DNA of 12,210 bases from a virus. The DNA is taken from UHGV virus genome UHGV-2091730. One strand, written 5' to 3'. Position 1 is the first letter of the stretch; each line of letters opens with the position of its first letter. Under the pieces are notes generated by a model, which saw nothing but the letters and a program-made list of their open reading frames with translations, made no database searches and was not told the DNA's origin. This document shows, piece by piece, positions 7,964 to 12,210 of the stretch. The position numbers and the translations under genes are program-made.

Positions 7964-7990
7964 GGGAGCTACAGGCTCCTTTTTTATTAT
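7964..7990 (+). terminator. Probable rho-independent terminator
   Basis: Stem GGAGC / GCTCC (7965-7969, 7975-7979) followed by TTTTTTATTATT. Confidence 0.45.
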
Positions 7991-8040
7991 TCGCATTCAC
8001 CCTCAAGCGTATTAACCAACAATTCAGGGATTAATGAAAG

Positions 8041-8262
8041 ATGGCAGACATAATTGATTCAGCATCAGAAATTGAAGAATTACAGCGCAACACAGCAATA
8101 AAAATGCGCCGCCTGAACCACCAGGCTATATCTGCCACTCATTGTTGTGAGTGTGGCGATCCGATAGATGAACGAAGACGCCTGGCCGTTCAGGGTTGTC
8201 GGACTTGTGCAAGTTGCCAGGAGGATCTGGAACTTATCAGTAAACAGAGAGGTTCGAAGTGA
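8041..8262 (+). CDS. TraR/DksA-family C4 zinc-finger protein (73 aa)
   Basis: CxxC-x14-CxxC (CCEC ... CRTC) after an acidic/helical N-terminus (MADIIDSASEIEELQRNTAIKMRRLNHQ), typical of phage TraR-like proteins. Confidence 0.7.
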   Translation: MADIIDSASEIEELQRNTAIKMRRLNHQAISATHCCECGDPIDERRRLAVQGCRTCASCQEDLELISKQRGSK

Positions 8263-8414
8263 GCGAAATTAACTAGAAGCCAAAGATAAAATCATCGCTG
8301 AGCAGGAGAAAATCGCTAACGGAGAAAAGACAGTAAGTCAGTATATGAAAACCGCATGATATCATCAGATAAAAATCGATCGTAAAGCGAAATATTCATA
8401 CCAGAATAAACGAG

Positions 8415-8438
8415 TCGAGGTAAATTATATTACCTCGA
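8415..8438 (-). terminator. Possible terminator hairpin downstream of the membrane-protein gene
   Basis: 8-bp inverted repeat TCGAGGTA / TACCTCGA with 8-nt loop, followed on the minus strand by a modestly T-rich stretch. Weak. Confidence 0.3.
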
Positions 8439-8472
8439 TAAATTAACTAAAACTTGCCCGCTATATACTATC

Positions 8473-9075
8473 TCATTCAGTATCATCACGCGCGGTCTGT
8501 GCATATGTCACTACCGCACCTAATGTATTAATTTTCTTTTCAACATAGATAATATTATCGTACTCATAATTGCCATACGGATAGCAAATGCGAATATTCT
8601 CATGTAGATCGGGGTCATCCACCTCAGCTCCAGAACAACTTTTTGAACTACCGGAAGTATACCGATACGGTGCAACATAAGACGATGTCTCTCCAGGCAA
8701 AAAATAAGTTAGTGTTGTAAGGGGTATAATCAGAAAAAATCCAGAAAATATGCATATCCCTGCATAAACCTTAAGGTATGCTGACAGACTCTTCCAGCCG
8801 CTTTGTTTTACTATCCCCTTCTTAACCCAAAACAGAGATAACAGAAAAGCTATTCCCATGCTAAACAGAATGTAATAGTGGGATATACTCTGATTAAGAA
8901 ACGTGACCCTGTAGATATCTGCCCGCCACCAGAAGAAAAGGAAAATAAAGATCAGCCCTGAAACTGTCATGCAAATCAAATAAGGATACGAATCTTTTTT
9001 CATGTTTAGCGCCCATAAAATTTTTCCTGACCCGGACAAATTTACCATCCATTTTTTGCGCAGAAAATAGCTCAT
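8473..9075 (-). CDS. Integral membrane protein of unknown function (200 aa; three predicted TM helices, about 60-aa soluble C-terminal tail)
   Basis: Long ORF on the strand opposite to all flanking phage genes. About 35 percent GC by hand count. Hydrophobic stretches LICMTVSGLIFIFLFFWW, YYILFSMGIAFLLSLFWV, VYAGICIFSGFFLIIPLTTLTYFL. Start uncertain: no strong RBS at any in-frame ATG. Confidence 0.6.
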   Translation of the reverse strand: MSYFLRKKWMVNLSGSGKILWALNMKKDSYPYLICMTVSGLIFIFLFFWWRADIYRVTFLNQSISHYYILFSMGIAFLLSLFWVKKGIVKQSGWKSLSAYLKVYAGICIFSGFFLIIPLTTLTYFLPGETSSYVAPYRYTSGSSKSCSGAEVDDPDLHENIRICYPYGNYEYDNIIYVEKKINTLGAVVTYAQTARDDTE

Positions 9076-9317
9076 TACTTACTGCACAATAATACACAAA
9101 ATTGCGTAAATTTTTTGCATGGATTTTAGCTCTTTCAGCCGACATTTAAGGGGTAAATAGCATTTCCTAAAAGCAACTGCACCAACCCAACAGAATGGGC
9201 TACCGCTTACGTTGAGAGCAAAAAAGTGTATAGCAGCAATGAACAGCATCCTCGCACTGACGAGGATTTCTTTTATCTGAACTCGCTACGGCGGGTTTTG
9301 TTTTATGGAGATGATAA

Positions 9318-9485
9318 ATGCACTTCCGAGTCACAGGTGAATGGAATGGAGAACCATTCAACAGAGTTATCGAAGCCGAGAACATCAGCGACTGCTATGA
9401 CCACTGGATGCTGTGGGCGCAGATAGCACATGCAGACGTAACCAATATTCGAATTGAAGAACTGAAAGAACACCAAGCCGCCTGA
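9318..9485 (+). CDS. 55-aa hypothetical protein (MHFRVTGEWNGEPFNRVIEAENISDCYDHWMLWAQIAHADVTNIRIEELKEHQAA), conserved lambda ORF just upstream of xis
   Basis: GGAG 7 nt upstream of the ATG. Stop lies inside the terminator loop. Same 39-nt spacing to xis as the equivalent lambda ORF, from memory. Confidence 0.6.
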   Translation: MHFRVTGEWNGEPFNRVIEAENISDCYDHWMLWAQIAHADVTNIRIEELKEHQAA

Positions 9486-9497
9486 TGGCGGTTTTTT
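9477..9497 (+). terminator. Rho-independent terminator between the 55-aa ORF and xis
   Basis: GCCGCC-TGAT-GGCGG hairpin followed by TTTTTTCTT. Confidence 0.6.
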
Positions 9498-9524
9498 CTT
9501 GCGTGTAATTGCGGAGACTTTGCG

Positions 9525-9743
9525 ATGTACTTGACACTTCAGGAGTGGAACGCACGCCAGCGACGCCCAAGAAGCCTTGAAACAGTTCGTCGATGGGTAC
9601 GCGAGTGCAGGATATTCCCACCTCCGGTTAAGGATGGAAGAGAGTATCTGTTCCACGAATCAGCGGTAAAGGTTGACTTAAATCGACCAGTAACAGGTAG
9701 CCTTTTGAAGAGGATCAGAAATGGGAAGAAGGCGAAGTCATGA
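9525..9743 (+). CDS. xis: Excisionase Xis
   Basis: 72-aa translation MYLTLQEWNARQRRPRSLETVRRWVRECRIFPPPVKDGREYLFHESAVKVDLNRPVTGSLLKRIRNGKKAKS recognised as lambda Xis. 23-nt overlap with int. Confidence 0.95.
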   Translation: MYLTLQEWNARQRRPRSLETVRRWVRECRIFPPPVKDGREYLFHESAVKVDLNRPVTGSLLKRIRNGKKAKS

Positions 9744-10791
9744 GCGCCGGGATTTACCCCCTAACCTTTATATAAGAAACAATGGATATTACTGCTACAG
9801 GGACCCAAGGACGGGTAAAGAGTTTGGATTAGGCAGAGACAGGCGAATCGCAATCACTGAAGCTATACAGGCCAACATTGAGTTATTTTCAGGACACAAA
9901 CACAAGCCTCTGACAGCGAGAATCAACAGTGATAATTCCGTTACGTTACATTCATGGCTTGATCGCTACGAAAAAATCCTGGCCAGCAGAGGAATCAAAC
10001 AGAAGACACTCATAAATTACATGAGCAAAATTAAAGCAATAAGGAGGGGTCTGCCTGATGCTCCACTTGAAGACATCACCACAAAAGAAATTGCGGCAAT
10101 GCTCAATGGATACATAAACGAGGGCAAGGCGGCGTCAGCCAAGTTAATCAGATCAACACTGAGCGATGCATTCCGAGAGGCAATAGCTGAAGGCCATATA
10201 ACAACAAACCCTGTCGCTGCCACTCGCGCAGCAAAATCAGAGGTAAGGAGATCAAGACTTACGGCTGACGAATACCTGAAAATTTATCAAGCAGCAGAAT
10301 CATCACCATGTTGGCTCAGACTTGCAATGGAACTGGCTGTTGTTACCGGGCAACGAGTTGGTGATTTATGCGAAATGAAGTGGTCTGATATCGTAGATGG
10401 ATATCTTTATGTCGAGCAAAGCAAAACAGGCGTAAAAATTGCCATCCCAACAGCATTGCATGTTGATGCTCTCGGAATATCAATGAAGGAAACACTTGAT
10501 AAATGCAAAGAGATTCTTGGCGGAGAAACCATAATTGCATCTACTCGTCGCGAACCGCTTTCATCCGGCACAGTATCAAGGTATTTTATGCGCGCACGAA
10601 AAGCATCAGGTCTTTCCTTCGAAGGGGATCCGCCTACCTTTCACGAGTTGCGCAGTTTGTCTGCAAGACTCTATGAGAAGCAGATAAGCGATAAGTTTGC
10701 TCAACATCTTCTCGGGCATAAGTCGGACACCATGGCATCACAGTATCGTGATGACAGAGGCAGGGAGTGGGACAAAATTGAAATCAAATAA
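9721..10791 (+). CDS. int: Integrase Int (tyrosine recombinase), lambda type
   Basis: 356-aa translation MGRRRSHERRDLPPNLYIRNNGYYCYRDPRTGKEFGLGRDRRIAITEAIQ... recognised as lambda Int. Confidence 0.97.
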   Translation: MGRRRSHERRDLPPNLYIRNNGYYCYRDPRTGKEFGLGRDRRIAITEAIQANIELFSGHKHKPLTARINSDNSVTLHSWLDRYEKILASRGIKQKTLINYMSKIKAIRRGLPDAPLEDITTKEIAAMLNGYINEGKAASAKLIRSTLSDAFREAIAEGHITTNPVAATRAAKSEVRRSRLTADEYLKIYQAAESSPCWLRLAMELAVVTGQRVGDLCEMKWSDIVDGYLYVEQSKTGVKIAIPTALHVDALGISMKETLDKCKEILGGETIIASTRREPLSSGTVSRYFMRARKASGLSFEGDPPTFHELRSLSARLYEKQISDKFAQHLLGHKSDTMASQYRDDRGREWDKIEIK

Positions 10792-10880
10792 TGATTTTAT
10801 TTTGACTGATAGTGACCTGTTCGTTGCAACAAATTGATAAGCAATGCTTTTTTTATAATGCCAACTTAGTATAAAAAAGC
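10792..10880. other. attL: phage P' arm (Int arm-type and IHF sites) plus 15-bp core TTAGTATAAAAAAGC at 10866-10880 (reverse complement of GCTTTTTTATACTAA)
   Basis: Core and adjacent P' arm (GGTCACTATCAGTCAAAATAAAATCA on the other strand) read directly. Lies between the int stop and host ybhC. Confidence 0.8.
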
Positions 10881-10926
10881 AGGCTTCAACGGATTCATTT
10901 TTCTATTTCATAGCCCGGAGCAACCT

Positions 10927-12210
10927 GTGAACACATTTTCAGTTTCCCGTCTGGCGCTGGCATTGGCTTTTGGCGTGACGCTGACCGCCTGTAGCTCAAC
11001 CCCGCCCGATCAACGTCCTTCTGATCAAACCGCGCCTGGTACCTCTTCTCGCCCGATTCTGTCGGCAAAAGAAGCGCAGAATTTCGATGCTCAACACTAT
11101 TTTGCATCCCTGACACCAGGTGCTGCAGCGTGGAATCCTTCCCCGATTACCCTGCCTGCGCAACCTGAATTTGTTGTCGGCCCGGCGGGCACTCAAGGTG
11201 TAACGCATACCACGATTCAGGCGGCGGTAGATGCGGCAATTATCAAGCGTACCAACAAGCGCCAGTATATTGCCGTGATGCCTGGTGAGTATCAGGGAAC
11301 GGTATATGTCCCTGCCGCTCCGGGTGGAATTACTCTGTACGGTACAGGTGAAAAACCGATTGATGTGAAGATTGGGCTTTCCCTTGATGGTGGCATGAGC
11401 CCTGCCGACTGGCGTCACGACGTCAACCCGCGCGGCAAATATATGCCAGGTAAACCAGCGTGGTATATGTACGATAGCTGCCAGAGCAAACGCAGCGACA
11501 GTATCGGTGTTCTCTGCTCTGCGGTCTTCTGGTCACAAAACAATGGCCTGCAACTGCAAAATCTGACCATCGAAAACACGCTGGGCGATAGCGTAGATGC
11601 AGGTAACCATCCGGCGGTGGCACTGCGTACTGATGGTGACCAGGTACAGATTAACAACGTTAACATTCTCGGTCGTCAGAACACCTTCTTTGTCACCAAC
11701 AGCGGTGTGCAGAACCGTCTGGAAACGAATCGTCAGCCGCGTACGCTGGTGACCAACAGCTACATTGAAGGGGATGTGGATATCGTTTCTGGTCGCGGCG
11801 CAGTGGTGTTCGATAACACCGAATTCCGCGTGGTGAACTCACGTACTCAGCAAGAAGCGTATGTGTTTGCACCGGCTACGCTGTCCAACATTTACTACGG
11901 TTTCCTCGCCGTAAACAGCCGTTTCAATGCTTTCGGTGATGGTGTGGCGCAACTGGGCCGCTCGCTGGATGTTGATGCCAATACCAACGGTCAGGTGGTG
12001 ATCCGTGATAGCGCCATCAACGAAGGTTTTAACACGGCTAAACCGTGGGCCGATGCGGTGATCTCTAATCGTCCGTTTGCGGGTAATACCGGCAGCGTAG
12101 ATGATAACGACGAAATACAGCGCAATCTGAATGACACTAACTACAACCGCATGTGGGAATACAATAACCGCGGCGTGGGTAGTAAAGTGGTTGCAGAGGC
12201 GAAGAAGTAA
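10927..12210 (+). CDS. ybhC: Host outer-membrane lipoprotein YbhC (pectinesterase-like / putative acyl-CoA thioesterase), 427 aa
   Basis: GTG start with GGAG 6 nt upstream. Signal peptide with lipobox LTAC. Sequence recognised as E. coli YbhC, which flanks the lambda attachment site. Confidence 0.85.
   Translation: MNTFSVSRLALALAFGVTLTACSSTPPDQRPSDQTAPGTSSRPILSAKEAQNFDAQHYFASLTPGAAAWNPSPITLPAQPEFVVGPAGTQGVTHTTIQAAVDAAIIKRTNKRQYIAVMPGEYQGTVYVPAAPGGITLYGTGEKPIDVKIGLSLDGGMSPADWRHDVNPRGKYMPGKPAWYMYDSCQSKRSDSIGVLCSAVFWSQNNGLQLQNLTIENTLGDSVDAGNHPAVALRTDGDQVQINNVNILGRQNTFFVTNSGVQNRLETNRQPRTLVTNSYIEGDVDIVSGRGAVVFDNTEFRVVNSRTQQEAYVFAPATLSNIYYGFLAVNSRFNAFGDGVAQLGRSLDVDANTNGQVVIRDSAINEGFNTAKPWADAVISNRPFAGNTGSVDDNDEIQRNLNDTNYNRMWEYNNRGVGSKVVAEAKK

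Larger units (their letters stand above)
1..10880. mobile_element. Lambdoid prophage segment (Q gene through attL), mosaic of DLP12/82-type nin-Q block and lambda-type P/Red/xis/int block; window starts inside the prophage
   Basis: Contiguous phage genes recognised by sequence (Q, rusA, ninE, P, O fragment, gam, bet, exo, xis, int) ending at an att core next to host ybhC. Confidence 0.85.

Noticed and set aside
8894-9145. Minus-strand ORF 8894-9145 overlapping the membrane-protein N-terminus; an internal ATG (MGAKHEK...) has an AGGA upstream
   Set aside because: Only about 40 aa would be made from that ATG. It overlaps the longer membrane-protein frame and lacks other support. Kept in mind as an uncertainty about the membrane-protein start.
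9226-9656. ORFs 9226-9426 (plus), 9303-9656 and 9385-9621 (minus)
   Set aside because: They overlap the 55-aa ORF and xis, both recognised as lambda-type sequence, and lack RBS.
10017-11666. Minus-strand ORFs inside int (10017-10223, 10343-10540) and ybhC (10895-11116, 10996-11418, 11415-11666, 11423-11623)
   Set aside because: Antisense to confidently identified genes; Arg-rich shadow translations.
1-12210. CRISPR arrays, tRNA/rRNA genes, IS elements
   Set aside because: No regularly spaced direct repeats, no tRNA-like cloverleaf candidates, and no transposase-like ORFs or terminal inverted repeats were seen on either strand.

Overview
This window is the int-proximal end of a lambdoid prophage integrated at the E. 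coli lambda attachment site, read opposite to the conventional lambda map. All identifications are from reading the sequence and recalling lambda and DLP12 proteins; no searches were run. From left to right: a DLP12/phage-82-type late-regulatory block on the minus strand (Q, ylcG-like, rusA, ybcO-like, ninE, ninB/ybcN-like); an AT-rich cargo island (about 1990-3990) carrying an overlapping two-gene cassette whose first protein looks HEPN-like, plus a signal-peptide protein with its own RBS and terminator; a short ren-like ORF, lambda P and only the C-terminal part of O; then, after about 190 bp, the Red genes gam-bet-exo on the plus strand, small b-region ORFs, a TraR/DksA-type zinc-finger gene, a second AT-rich cargo gene on the opposite strand encoding a 3-TM membrane protein, then a 55-aa ORF, xis, int, attL (core 10866-10880) and the host lipoprotein gene ybhC. 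The whole immunity/early-control region (kil to cII, plus the O N-terminus and ori iterons) is missing between gam and O, so this is most likely a defective prophage that keeps Red, Int/Xis and accessory cargo. The best candidates for an undescribed system are the HEPN-like pair (2090-2886) and the membrane-protein moron (8473-9075).
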